64,000 nucleotides of DNA, from NCBI GenBank assembly GCA_965116845.1, contig OZ220728.1, forward strand, positions 4,333,268 through 4,397,267, in the 5' to 3' direction. Source of the DNA: Vicinamibacterales bacterium (GTDB taxonomy: Bacteria; Acidobacteriota; Vicinamibacteria; Vicinamibacterales; UBA8438). Under the pieces are notes generated by a model. It saw only the letters and a program-made list of their open reading frames with translations, did no database searches and was not told where the DNA came from. Position 1 is the stretch's first letter, and each line of letters opens with the position of its first letter. The position numbers and the translations under genes are program-made. Positions 45,205 to 54,428 of this stretch are shown piece by piece.

Positions 45205-46015
45205 GGCAGTCACGGCTGCGGGAGCGCTGCTGGCCGTTGGGAGCCTGGCGGCCCCGGCGGGCGCCCAGGAGTGGACGGCGCAGGAGATCGTCGAACGGGC
45301 GGTGGCGCACGCGGAGGAACAGCGCGACACCGGGGCGGAAATCCGCTATCGCGCGACCCTCGAGTCGATCACGGAGAAGCTGAGCGGCGACGGCGAGGTG
45401 GAGGAGACGGAGAGCGCGACCTACGAGCAGTACCCGCTCGAGGGCGTGCTCTACGAGGAGCTCGTCGCGCGCGATGGCGAACCGCTCGACGCCGACGACG
45501 CGCGGGAGGAACGCGAGCGGCGGCGGGATTTCGTCGAGGAGGTGCGCGAGCGCCGGGCCCGGGGCGACGATCCCCGCCCCGAGGACGAGAACCGCGTCGA
45601 GCTGAACGACGACTTCATCTCGCGCTACCAGTACTCCATCGCCGGCGAGGAGGTGCGCGAAGGCTACGACTCCTGGATCATCCAGCTCGTGCCGCGTCCC
45701 GGCGACCTCCCCGTCAACCGCCGCATCGACACGGCGCTCAACAAGTCGACCGGCCGCCTCTGGATCGTGAAGGAGGACTTCGGGCTCAGCCGGGTCGAGT
45801 TCGAGATGGACGAGCCGGTGCGCTTCTGGGGCGGAATCGCCGGCGTACTGCGCAACACCGTCGGCCGCCTGCAGTTCACGCGGACCGACGAGGGCGCCTG
45901 GGTCCCGAAGCGGCTCGACATCCGCCTGGACCTGCGCATCGTCTTCTGGAACCTCCGGCGCCGCATCGTCCGCGAGTGGGACGAGTACTCGCTCATTCCC
46001 GAGACGGATCAGTAG
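45182..46015 (+). CDS. hypothetical exported protein (LolA-like/lipoprotein-sorting-like suspected)
   Basis: ATG 45182 lies 9 nt after GGAGG. Signal MRFDGIRRAVTAAGALLAVGSLAAPAGAQ. Normal composition. The fold guess is inference. Confidence 0.6.
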   Translation: MRFDGIRRAVTAAGALLAVGSLAAPAGAQEWTAQEIVERAVAHAEEQRDTGAEIRYRATLESITEKLSGDGEVEETESATYEQYPLEGVLYEELVARDGEPLDADDAREERERRRDFVEEVRERRARGDDPRPEDENRVELNDDFISRYQYSIAGEEVREGYDSWIIQLVPRPGDLPVNRRIDTALNKSTGRLWIVKEDFGLSRVEFEMDEPVRFWGGIAGVLRNTVGRLQFTRTDEGAWVPKRLDIRLDLRIVFWNLRRRIVREWDEYSLIPETDQ

Positions 46016-46763
46016 ACACCGCGCGGCGCCGCGCCGTGTCGAGGGCCAGCGCCAGACCCGCCCGCGGGCTGAAGCCGAGCGGGCGGTAACCGAGCTCGCT
46101 CGCCGCCTCGTCGCCGTACAGGCAGGCGATGGCAGTCGGGCGGTCCCCCGCCCGGAGGTGGGCTGCCATCATCTCTCGCGTGTAGGCGAGATCGTCGGCG
46201 TCGAGCGCCGGCTCGCGGCAACCCGCTGCCGCCATGGCCTCGCCCTCCTGCGCCAGCATCGCCTTCAGGGTCGTCGCCGGACCGTAGCGGCGCACATGCG
46301 CGAAGCGATGGATCGCGGTCGCCACCTCGCGCCGCGCCGCCTCCGCGGACGGCTCCTCGCTGGTCCAGAGGATGCCGGTGATCCAGCCGCGCTTGTAGAG
46401 TGCCCCGCCCCCGAAACGATGATCGAACTCGCTCTGGTAGCGGTTGGTCCAGCCTCCGTGCACGTCGTCGGCGACGACGAGGGCAACCCGGTACCGGCCG
46501 GGCACGGCACGCGTCGCCGGCTTCTCGGCCGCGACCGCCGCCGCGGCGGCGCAGGCCGCGTCCGCCTCGACCGCCAGCAGCCGGTCGAGGAGCGCCGGGA
46601 CGTGGTCCTTACCCATCGGGTTCATGGCCACCAGTGGCAGCTCCAGGTCTCCCGTGCGAGCGTCGACCATCGTGCGCAGGTAGCTTCGGAACCGCTCCAT
46701 GCCACGCGGCTGGTCGTACAGTTGCCGCTGCACGCGCAGCAGGGGAACGAATTCCAGCTCCAT
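45993..46763 (-). CDS. hypothetical protein
   Basis: 256-aa ORF with balanced composition, downstream of and co-directional with the PQQ dehydrogenase. No family recognised. Confidence 0.6.
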   Translation of the reverse strand: MELEFVPLLRVQRQLYDQPRGMERFRSYLRTMVDARTGDLELPLVAMNPMGKDHVPALLDRLLAVEADAACAAAAAVAAEKPATRAVPGRYRVALVVADDVHGGWTNRYQSEFDHRFGGGALYKRGWITGILWTSEEPSAEAARREVATAIHRFAHVRRYGPATTLKAMLAQEGEAMAAAGCREPALDADDLAYTREMMAAHLRAGDRPTAIACLYGDEAASELGYRPLGFSPRAGLALALDTARRRAVSTDPSRE

Positions 46764-46774
46764 CGGCGGCGCCA

Positions 46775-46808
46775 GGCGTCACGGCGTCTACGGCGTCTAC
46801 GGCGTCAC
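46775..46808. repeat. short intergenic tandem repeat GGCGTC(T)AC x4
   Basis: ggcgtcac ggcgtctac ggcgtctac ggcgtcac, between the PQQ dehydrogenase stop and the next start. Confidence 0.8.
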
Positions 46809-46820
46809 CGCGGCGCCGCT

Positions 46821-48494
46821 TCACTGCACGGCGGCGGTCGGCGCCTGCGGCAGCGCGAAGGCGAAGACCGCGTTCGTCCGGTCGCCGCCGACCGTCACGG
46901 CCAGGTACTGCCGGCCGCCCGCCGCGTAGGTGATCGGGAAGCCCGACGCCGAGCCGGGCAGCCGCGTGTGGAACAGCACCTCGCCGGTCGCCGCGTCGTG
47001 GACGTTGACGTTGCGGGCGGTGTCGCCGCTCACCACCAGGCCGCCGGCCGTGGTCAGGGCCGCCGCTCCCGGGCGGGTCAGCATCGAGTGCCGCCACAAG
47101 ATGCGCCCGGTCCCGATCTCCATCGCGATCAGGTAGCCGCGGTAGGGATCGGCGTCGGGATGGACGACGCTGCCGCGCGACAGCCAGCCGGTGTTCGTGT
47201 AGTAGGGTGCGCCGGGCTCGTTGTCGACCTCGGTGAACGCGCCGCTGACGCAGGTCGGATGGATCGGGATGTAGAGCGCCTGCGTCTCGGGATGGTAGGC
47301 CGAGGCGCGCCAGTTCCGAATGCCGAGGAAGTCGGGGCAGAACTCGATCAGCTCGTCCTTGGCCGGAAACGTCTCGGGCCGGAAGGTGACCTCGCCGGTC
47401 TGCGTGTCGACGTCGAGGACGTCCTGGTAGCCGAGGTCGTGGGCGGCGACGAACCCCCCGGTGTCGCGGTCGAGCTCCCACAGGATGCCGAGCTTGCCCA
47501 TCTTGAAGAGCGAGCGGCGGCCGTCGTGGTCGATGAGGACGCTCTCGAACACGTCGTCGAGGTCGTGCGTCTCCGCCGGCGTGAACTGGTAGTACCACGA
47601 GAGCTCGCCCGTGTCCGCGTCGAGCGCCAGCACGCTGTTGCTGTAGAGCGCGTCGCCGTCCGTGCCGCGCTGGAGGCTGGCCCACGGCTTGGCCTGCGAG
47701 GTCGACCAGAAGGTGAGGTTGCTGCCCGGGTCGAAGCTGCCCGGGATCCAGGCGTCGGCGCCGGCGCGGTACAGCAACGGCAGGTCGCCCCACGTGTCGC
47801 CGCCCGGATCGCCCGGCCGCGCGATGGTCGACGTCCGCCACAGCTCCTCGCCGGTCTCTGCGTCGTGGGCCGAGATGAAGCAGACGTCTTCCTTGAAGCG
47901 CTCGCAGCCGGTCATGCCGGCGACGACCTTCCCGTTGGCCACGATGGGACCGCTCGAGTAGCGGTAGCCGAGCGCGTTGTCGGCCACCTCGTGGTCCCAC
48001 GCCACCTCGCCCGTGCGGGCGTCGAGTGCAACGATGTGGGCGTCGGCGGTGTTCAGGTAGACCTTGTCGCCGTAGATGGCGATCGACCGGCTGCGAGGGC
48101 TGAGCACCGTATCGACCATCGCGCTCAGGTCGCGGTCGTACTGCCAGATGCGATCGCCGGTGACCGCGTCGACCGCCTGCACGACGTTGCCGGGGCTGGG
48201 CAGGTACATCACTCCGTCGTGCACGAGGGGCGTCGCCTGATTGACGCCCGGCGCCATCGGCCAGGCCCAGGCGAGCTGCAGCCGGTGGACGTTGTCGCGG
48301 TCGATCTCGTCCAGCGGGCTGTAGCCCCACCCGTCGAGGGTACGCCGCCAGTTCAGCCAGTCGGCCGGGTCGGGGTCCTGGAGCATCGCGTCGGTCACGG
48401 GCGCGAAGTCGCGGTCCTGGGCCGCGGCCGGGACGGCGGCGAGGAGCACGAGCGCGGCGAGGAAGCAGCAACCACGACGAAAGCTGGCAGGCAT
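46821..48494 (-). CDS. PQQ-dependent dehydrogenase (quinoprotein alcohol/sugar dehydrogenase family)
   Basis: AAGGAGG RBS and signal peptide. DWLNWRRTLDGWGYSPLDEI, repeated W-motif blades, and the vicinal-Cys-like region GCERFKEDVCFISAHD. Confidence 0.85.
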   Translation of the reverse strand: MPASFRRGCCFLAALVLLAAVPAAAQDRDFAPVTDAMLQDPDPADWLNWRRTLDGWGYSPLDEIDRDNVHRLQLAWAWPMAPGVNQATPLVHDGVMYLPSPGNVVQAVDAVTGDRIWQYDRDLSAMVDTVLSPRSRSIAIYGDKVYLNTADAHIVALDARTGEVAWDHEVADNALGYRYSSGPIVANGKVVAGMTGCERFKEDVCFISAHDAETGEELWRTSTIARPGDPGGDTWGDLPLLYRAGADAWIPGSFDPGSNLTFWSTSQAKPWASLQRGTDGDALYSNSVLALDADTGELSWYYQFTPAETHDLDDVFESVLIDHDGRRSLFKMGKLGILWELDRDTGGFVAAHDLGYQDVLDVDTQTGEVTFRPETFPAKDELIEFCPDFLGIRNWRASAYHPETQALYIPIHPTCVSGAFTEVDNEPGAPYYTNTGWLSRGSVVHPDADPYRGYLIAMEIGTGRILWRHSMLTRPGAAALTTAGGLVVSGDTARNVNVHDAATGEVLFHTRLPGSASGFPITYAAGGRQYLAVTVGGDRTNAVFAFALPQAPTAAVQ

Positions 48495-48699
48495 GGGGCC
48501 TCCTTGGGGGCTGGAATCAGGCGCGCCGGCACCGCGGGGCGGCGGCCGACCCGTTCACTATAGGGTTCCCGCCCGGCACGGTCCAGAGCCTTCGCGCGGC
48601 CGGTACGCGGCGCTTCGCGGTATGCTCCCCGCGGCCCGGGCGAGACGTGGTCCGGTCGAGGCACTCCCCGGCCGACCGTCCCCGGCGTTCTGCTACCCC

Positions 48700-49680
48700 A
48701 TGGCGCCAGCTCGAAGAAGGATCGCGATCGCGTGCCTGCTCCTGGCGCTGGCCCCGACGGAGGCGCGGGCCCAAGCGCCCGACCAGGGGGCCGACTCGGA
48801 CGAGCCGCCCGCCTGGTCGAACGCGTCCGAGCTCAGCATCGTCCGTACCGGAGGCAACTCCGAGACCCAAACGTTCGGTTATCGGAACACGCTGGAGCGC
48901 AGCTGGACGTCGATGCGCCTGCGCGCACGGGTCGAAGGCGTGCGCTCGCGAACCGCCGGCGAGCGCTTCCTCGCGGTCGAGCCGGGGCTCCGCTTTCGTC
49001 CCGGGGCGCAGCCGGACACCTTCGAGACCAGCGTCGATCGACGGGGCGGCGCAGCGGGCGTGGAGCAGTACTTCGTCGAAGGCCGCGTGGAGTGGACGGT
49101 CAGCGATCGGTTCTTCTGGAACGCCGGAACGAGCTGGGACCGCAACGACGAGGCGGGCATCCGCAACCGGTACGTGAGCTTCGGGGGCGTCGGTCACGTG
49201 TGGGCCGACGGCGAGGACCTCTCGCTGTCGACCAGCTACGGCGTCAGCCACACCGTCCGCGAAGAAGGCGAGACGGAAGCCGGCCGGCACAACCGGTTCG
49301 GCGGCATCCGAGCCGACGGCGACTACCGGCATCGCGTTGCCGACGCGGTCGAGCTGGACAGCGAGGCGGCGCTGAACGTCAATCTGCTGTCGCTGTCGGA
49401 CTACTCGCTCAACCTGACCAGCGCGGTCGGCGTGGCGATGAGCGAGCACCTCTCGCTGCGGGTCAGCCTGCAGCACCTCTACGAGCACGAGCCGGCGCTC
49501 GAGGACGCCGGCATCGTCGCGCGAGTGACGCTCGTCGACCCGGACGGAGTCCCCGGAAGCGGAGATGAGCTCTTCGAGACGGTCGCGGCGGGCGGCGCCG
49601 GCGTCGACTTCGGCACCGGCCGCATCCGCAAGCGGGGTCTCGACGTCGTCTTCCGGACCGCCCTCGTGATCAGTTTCTGA
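48700..49680 (+). CDS. DUF481 domain-containing outer-membrane beta-barrel protein
   Basis: ATG 48700 with a signal peptide. WSNASELSIVRTGGNSETQTFGY. Alternating beta-strand pattern and a terminal Phe. Confidence 0.75.
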   Translation: MAPARRRIAIACLLLALAPTEARAQAPDQGADSDEPPAWSNASELSIVRTGGNSETQTFGYRNTLERSWTSMRLRARVEGVRSRTAGERFLAVEPGLRFRPGAQPDTFETSVDRRGGAAGVEQYFVEGRVEWTVSDRFFWNAGTSWDRNDEAGIRNRYVSFGGVGHVWADGEDLSLSTSYGVSHTVREEGETEAGRHNRFGGIRADGDYRHRVADAVELDSEAALNVNLLSLSDYSLNLTSAVGVAMSEHLSLRVSLQHLYEHEPALEDAGIVARVTLVDPDGVPGSGDELFETVAAGGAGVDFGTGRIRKRGLDVVFRTALVISF

Positions 49681-49811
49681 CAGACTGACGCAACCGCCTG
49701 CCGCAGCACCGCTTCTGACAGCGGACGCAACCGCCTGCCGCAGCGCCGCAAACCCCGCAGCGCCGCAAACCCCGCAGCGCCGCAAGCCCGCCGTGCCGCA
49801 AGCCCCGCAGC
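49675..49811. repeat. composite intergenic tandem repeat array (2 x about 38 bp, then 4 x 16-17 bp)
   Basis: TTCTGACAG..GACGCAACCGCCTGCCGCAGC occurs at 49675-49707 and 49713-49744. GCCGCAA(A/G)CCCCGCAGC-type units occur at 49745, 49762, 49779 and 49795. A CCCGCAG/CTGCGGG hairpin follows at 49804-49825. Confidence 0.85.
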
Positions 49812-49852
49812 ACCGTCTCTGCGGGCCGTCGCGCGGTTCCGGTCTCGCGCGT

Positions 49853-51085
49853 CTACCAGCCGGGGCGCGGATAGCGGATGCGGTCCACGGTCACCTCGTC
49901 CCCGCCGGAGCGCGAGAACTCGACCCAGCCCGAGCCGTACCGCCATTCGCCGCCCTCGCCGACGCGCTCCGGCTCACCGAGCAACTCGCGTACCCGCGCC
50001 GGCGTGGTCACGCCCCACTCGATGAAGTCCCAGCGCGCGAGCGACTGCCACGCATAGCTCGGAGCCGGCGTGTCCGTCAGTTGCGCGATGGCGCGCTCCA
50101 CGGCGCCGCGCGCGGGGTACTCCGGAGGCTCCGACGCCAACCGGTCCCGAAGCGGCGCGACCGCGTCGGTGACGTCGGCCTCGGCCACCGCCTCGGCCAC
50201 CTCGCGGTGCACGTAGGGGTCGGCATCGTCGAGCCGCGCGAGGAGCGCGCGGCGGGCGGCCGTGTCACCGGCGGCGCGGGCGGCCAGCCGGTCGATGGCG
50301 CGGGAGCGGAGGGCCGCGAGGGCATCGTGCGAGGCCCGCACCAGCCCGGCCGTTCCGCAAGCCTCCTCCGCAACGTCGACGAGCGCGTCGAGGTAGACCG
50401 TGCCTTCGAGGATGGGGCGCCACACCTCGGCCCGATCCGGAGCCGGCCGCCCCTCGCCCTGCAGCACCGCGGCGAACGTCGCAGCCACCGGCGCCTCCGC
50501 CGTCAGCCCGTCGCGGCCGGGCGTCGGATAGAGCAGGCTCGGGTAGAGGATGGCCGAGAAGCGCGCGGCGTGGATGTACGCCCCTCCGTCGAGCACGACG
50601 TCACCGGCGAGGTCGGCGCCGGTGAAGCCGACGCGCATCTCGCCGTACCGCCCGCCGATGCCGTTGCCTCGGGCGCGAACGGTGAGCGTCGCGTTGGGTG
50701 CCGCTTGCGCCGCAGCGCTCACCACGCGGTAGCCGCAGTGCCCGAGCACACGCCCCGCGAGATCGGCAAGCGGCAGGCGGTCGTTCGGCATCGGAACGTA
50801 GTCCGCGCCGACGAGAGTGCGATCGCGGTCCGGCCCCGGCGTCACCAGCACGGCGAGCGTGGCGGGCGCGTCCGGCGGCGGCATCGACTGCGCGGCGGCC
50901 CCGCCGACCGCAGCAGTCGCGACCACCCCAACGGCAGCGAGCGTCAGCACGGCAGTCCACGCAGGCGGCGGCGCGCAGGCGCGGCGCGCCGTGCGCGCAG
51001 CGGGTGCGCGGCGCGGGTCGGGGACCCGGCGAAGGTCGGTCCGGAGCGGGGTTCGCCGTGAGGGGCTGCGCACGCCGCTGGTCAT
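49853..51085 (-). CDS. hypothetical exported protein with HEAT/PBS-lyase-like repeats
   Basis: ATG 51085 after AGGAGGAG, with a signal/TM segment. DPYVHREVAEAVAE-type helical repeats. No confident family. Confidence 0.6.
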   Translation of the reverse strand: MTSGVRSPSRRTPLRTDLRRVPDPRRAPAARTARRACAPPPAWTAVLTLAAVGVVATAAVGGAAAQSMPPPDAPATLAVLVTPGPDRDRTLVGADYVPMPNDRLPLADLAGRVLGHCGYRVVSAAAQAAPNATLTVRARGNGIGGRYGEMRVGFTGADLAGDVVLDGGAYIHAARFSAILYPSLLYPTPGRDGLTAEAPVAATFAAVLQGEGRPAPDRAEVWRPILEGTVYLDALVDVAEEACGTAGLVRASHDALAALRSRAIDRLAARAAGDTAARRALLARLDDADPYVHREVAEAVAEADVTDAVAPLRDRLASEPPEYPARGAVERAIAQLTDTPAPSYAWQSLARWDFIEWGVTTPARVRELLGEPERVGEGGEWRYGSGWVEFSRSGGDEVTVDRIRYPRPGW

Positions 51086-51272
51086 CGGTCTCCTCCTGCA
51101 CTCCGCGCGAAGCGTAGATCCTACCCCACGCGCGCCGGTCTCGGGGCGCCGGAGCCGCGCCGCATCCCGTTCCCCGCCGGGCCATGGCGGGGCGGAGTCC
51201 CGGCGCCTCCGCCCACGCCACCTCTACGGCGCTCAGCCAATCCCGCCTGCAGCGCGGGACCAGGGAATCCGG

Positions 51273-52130
51273 CTACCCGCCGAGCGGCAGGAAGAACTGC
51301 CACCCCTCGTCCAGCCGCTCCTGCATGCGGCTGCGCGAGTCGCCGCAGCCGCAGACCACGCGGTCCTGTGCGCGGCACGCCTCCAGCACGGTTTGGAAAG
51401 CCTCGTCGACCTCCGGGTGGTTCTGCGCCCCCCGCGGTCCGAGGCCGAGGTCGATGCTCATGTCGCCCGGCACGACGAAGATGGCGCTCACCGGCGCGGC
51501 CAGGATGTCGTGGATGTTGGCTACCGCCTCCGCCGACTCGATCATCGCCACCGCGAAGAGCTCGCCCTCGGGGTTGAGCGGCCACACGTCGGCCTTCGCG
51601 TGGTACTCCGCCGCGTCGGCGGCCCCCCAGATGCGGGTCGCCCGGGCCGGGCCCCAGCCGCGCTCGCCGCGGGGCTCGGCGATCGCGGAGCCGCGCGTGG
51701 GCGGATAGCGCATCGCACGCACCAGGCGAACCGCCTCCTCGCCGGTGTCGACGTGCGGCAGGATGACGCCGAACGCCCCCATGTCGAGCACCTGCTTGAC
51801 GGCCCACTTGAAGTCCTCGTCGCCGTCCTGCGGGATGCGGACGAGCGGCGTCAGGCTCAGCCGTCCGTCGGCGTCGCGGTTCTCGTCCATCTCCGTGAGG
51901 ATCGCGTAGAGCCGCTCCGCCGAGAACGGGGCGTGCTCCATGTCGATGAAGCGCCAGTGCTCGTTGGCCACCGCGGCCCCGCCGGCCTCGATCACCTCGA
52001 TCGTCTTGCTCCACCGAGTCTGCGCGGCGCCATTCGCGGCGGCGCCCAGCACGAGGGCGGCGACGGCTGCCAGTGCGAGCGTTGTCGAGACGGAAGCCGA
52101 ACCGGACACCGGGCGAATCGCGCGTGTCAT
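51273..52130 (-). CDS. HpcH/HpaI aldolase/citrate-lyase family protein with N-terminal signal-like peptide
   Basis: ATG 52130 after GAAGGAGG. FIDMEHAPFS, VRIPQ, and GDMSIDLG motifs. The N-terminal 38 aa are hydrophobic and Ala-rich. Confidence 0.75.
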   Translation of the reverse strand: MTRAIRPVSGSASVSTTLALAAVAALVLGAAANGAAQTRWSKTIEVIEAGGAAVANEHWRFIDMEHAPFSAERLYAILTEMDENRDADGRLSLTPLVRIPQDGDEDFKWAVKQVLDMGAFGVILPHVDTGEEAVRLVRAMRYPPTRGSAIAEPRGERGWGPARATRIWGAADAAEYHAKADVWPLNPEGELFAVAMIESAEAVANIHDILAAPVSAIFVVPGDMSIDLGLGPRGAQNHPEVDEAFQTVLEACRAQDRVVCGCGDSRSRMQERLDEGWQFFLPLGG

Positions 52131-52239
52131 GCAACCTCCTTCGGGGTACGCCAGCCGTCGAGCGACGGCCCGCGACGGCCCACAGTGTTGCACGTTGCCG
52201 CCGCCGGATCCATCATGGTGCGCGCATGTGGAGGGACCC

Positions 52240-53328
52240 ATGAGTCAGCGACGCGGTCGGTTCGTGGCAGCGGCCGGGGCGGCGGCGTTCATCACGCTGG
52301 CGCCCGCTCTGGGTGCGGCCCAGGAGGCAGAAGGCGGGGCGCTCCCCAGGACGCCGTGGGGGCACCCGGTGCTCCAGGGGATCTGGACCAGCTCGACCTA
52401 CACGCCGCTGGAGCGGCCCGACACCCTGGCGGACCAGGCGGAGCTGTCCGAGGAGGAGCTCGCGGAGCTCAACTCGCTGCTGACGGCCGAGGGGGTCGAC
52501 CCGCTGCGCGCCCGCAGCGTGCTGGGGGCCGAGACCGAGGCAGAACGCCTCGAGCGCATGCGCCAGACGCAGGAGAACATTCACTACGACAACTCGATCT
52601 GGTTGCGCGAGCCGCAGCCGCGCCGGCTCACCACCCGCCGCACGTCGCTGATCGTCGACCCGCCGGACGGCAGGATCCCGCCGCTGGTCCCGTCCGCGCA
52701 GGAGCGCGAGGCGCTGCGGCGGGCCGAGAGCCGCTGGCTCATCCAGAACATCGACCCGCAGTCGTTCGACAGCCACGAGACCCGCACGCTCCAGGAGCGC
52801 TGCCTCGTGTGGCGCCACGAGGGGCCGCCCATGCTGCCGCCCTCCTACAACGACCTCACGCAAATCCTCCAGACCGAGGACTACGTGGTCATCATGCAGG
52901 AGATGCGCGAGAACGACGCCCGCATCATTCCGCTCGACGGCCGGCCGCACCTGCCGCCGAGCATGCGCGAGTGGTCGGGCGACTCGCGGGGCCGGTGGGA
53001 GGGCGACACGCTCGTCGTCGAGTCCACCAACTTCAACGAGAAGGTGCACTTCCACGGCTCGAGCACCGGGCTGCGCGTCGTGGAGCGCTTCACCCGCGTC
53101 GACGACGAGACGATCCGCTACGAGTTCACCGTCGAGGACCCGACGACCTGGACCCGCCCCTGGAGCGTCGAGTACCCGCTGATGAAACGCGAGGGGCCGC
53201 TCTACGAATACGCCTGCCACGAAGGCAACCACGACGCCCGGCACATCCTGGAGGTCGCGCGGAACCTCGACAAGGCCGAGGCGGCCAAGGCGCAGGCAGC
53301 TCAGGAAGGCACGGAGGGAGCTCGCTAG
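52240..53328 (+). CDS. hypothetical exported protein
   Basis: ATG 52240 after GGAGGG. Signal MSQRRGRFVAAAGAAAFITLAPALGAAQ. Balanced composition with conserved-looking WGHPVLQGIW and YEYACHEGNH. Confidence 0.65.
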   Translation: MSQRRGRFVAAAGAAAFITLAPALGAAQEAEGGALPRTPWGHPVLQGIWTSSTYTPLERPDTLADQAELSEEELAELNSLLTAEGVDPLRARSVLGAETEAERLERMRQTQENIHYDNSIWLREPQPRRLTTRRTSLIVDPPDGRIPPLVPSAQEREALRRAESRWLIQNIDPQSFDSHETRTLQERCLVWRHEGPPMLPPSYNDLTQILQTEDYVVIMQEMRENDARIIPLDGRPHLPPSMREWSGDSRGRWEGDTLVVESTNFNEKVHFHGSSTGLRVVERFTRVDDETIRYEFTVEDPTTWTRPWSVEYPLMKREGPLYEYACHEGNHDARHILEVARNLDKAEAAKAQAAQEGTEGAR

Positions 53329-53354
53329 AGTCGGCCGGCCCGACCGGCAGACCG

Positions 53355-54428
53355 TTACAGCAGGAGCGCGATGAGCACCGCGACCGCCGCGAGCTGCCAC
53401 CACAGCTCGGTCCGCTCCTGAAGGGCGAGGCTCCCGAGGACCAGGAGCGCGGCCGCGGCGGCCAGGCAGTACCAGTAGAGCTCGGTGAACGTCTCCTCGC
53501 GCTGCAGGACGCCGCGGGCCGACTGCTGGGCGTCGCGCACGATCCGCAGTGCGATCACCTCGTCGGGCTCCGAACCGAGCTCGAAGTACGAGCCGCCGCC
53601 AGCGTCGGCGATGGCCCGTAGCGAGCGGCGGTCGAGCACGGCGTGGATCGGAGGCTCCGGATCGTCGTAGCGGCCAGGCGGCGGCTGGGGGATGAATCCC
53701 CCGGCCGTGGTGCCGACGCCGACGACGTAGACGCGGATGCCGCGGTCGCGGGCCAGCGCCAGCGCCCTCTCCACCTCGCCACTCCACGCCTGCCCGTCGG
53801 AGAGCACGACGAAGGCCACGGCGTTCAGCCGCGGGCCGTTGAGCTCGACGTCCTTGTCGACCATGCGGACGGCCCAGGTCAGGCCGTGCTCGATGTTCGT
53901 GTCCCAGCTCGTGTCGTCCCGCAGGCGGAACGGCGGCTCGCGCCGCAGGTGATCGAGGAAGAAGAACAGGGCATTCGGGTCGCTCGTCAGGCGGACCTGC
54001 GGAGCGGCGCGGCTCGCGAAGAGCGCCAGGGCCACGCGCTCGCGGCGCCAGCCGAGCACGTCGGCGAAGGTGCGCAGCCAGGCCATGGACCGTTGCCAGC
54101 GGTCGGGCGCCACGTCGGTCACGCGCATCGAGGTCGACCCGTCCTGCAGCACCACAAAGTCCACGCCCGCGCTCTCGACCACCGAAACCAGCGCCTGCGG
54201 CCGGGCTAGCGCGACGACGACGAGGGCCGAGGCCAGAATGACGCACAGCCAGAAGGCGAGCCCCCCCGCGAAGGCCCAGCGCTCCGGAACCGGCACCAGC
54301 CGGCCGGCGCGCAGGCGCCGGATGTCGCGCCGCCGCCGCACCAGGCGCAGGAACCACACCCCGAGGAGCGCGGCGGGCACCGCCAGCAGCCAGAGGAACT
54401 CGGGATGGAGCAGGCGGATGGGCGCCAT
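53355..54428 (-). CDS. VWA domain-containing membrane protein (BatA-like)
   Basis: N-terminal F..P..LWLL pattern plus two TM helices. VDFVVLQDGSTSM (MIDAS). C-terminal TM. Confidence 0.8.
   Translation of the reverse strand: MAPIRLLHPEFLWLLAVPAALLGVWFLRLVRRRRDIRRLRAGRLVPVPERWAFAGGLAFWLCVILASALVVVALARPQALVSVVESAGVDFVVLQDGSTSMRVTDVAPDRWQRSMAWLRTFADVLGWRRERVALALFASRAAPQVRLTSDPNALFFFLDHLRREPPFRLRDDTSWDTNIEHGLTWAVRMVDKDVELNGPRLNAVAFVVLSDGQAWSGEVERALALARDRGIRVYVVGVGTTAGGFIPQPPPGRYDDPEPPIHAVLDRRSLRAIADAGGGSYFELGSEPDEVIALRIVRDAQQSARGVLQREETFTELYWYCLAAAAALLVLGSLALQERTELWWQLAAVAVLIALLL

Noticed and set aside
49675-49811. A possible CRISPR array, because of regularly spaced repeats.
   Set aside because: The units are directly adjacent (16-17 bp), or separated by only about 5 nt, with no unique spacers of 25-40 bp. 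No cas genes are present. This is a simple tandem repeat.
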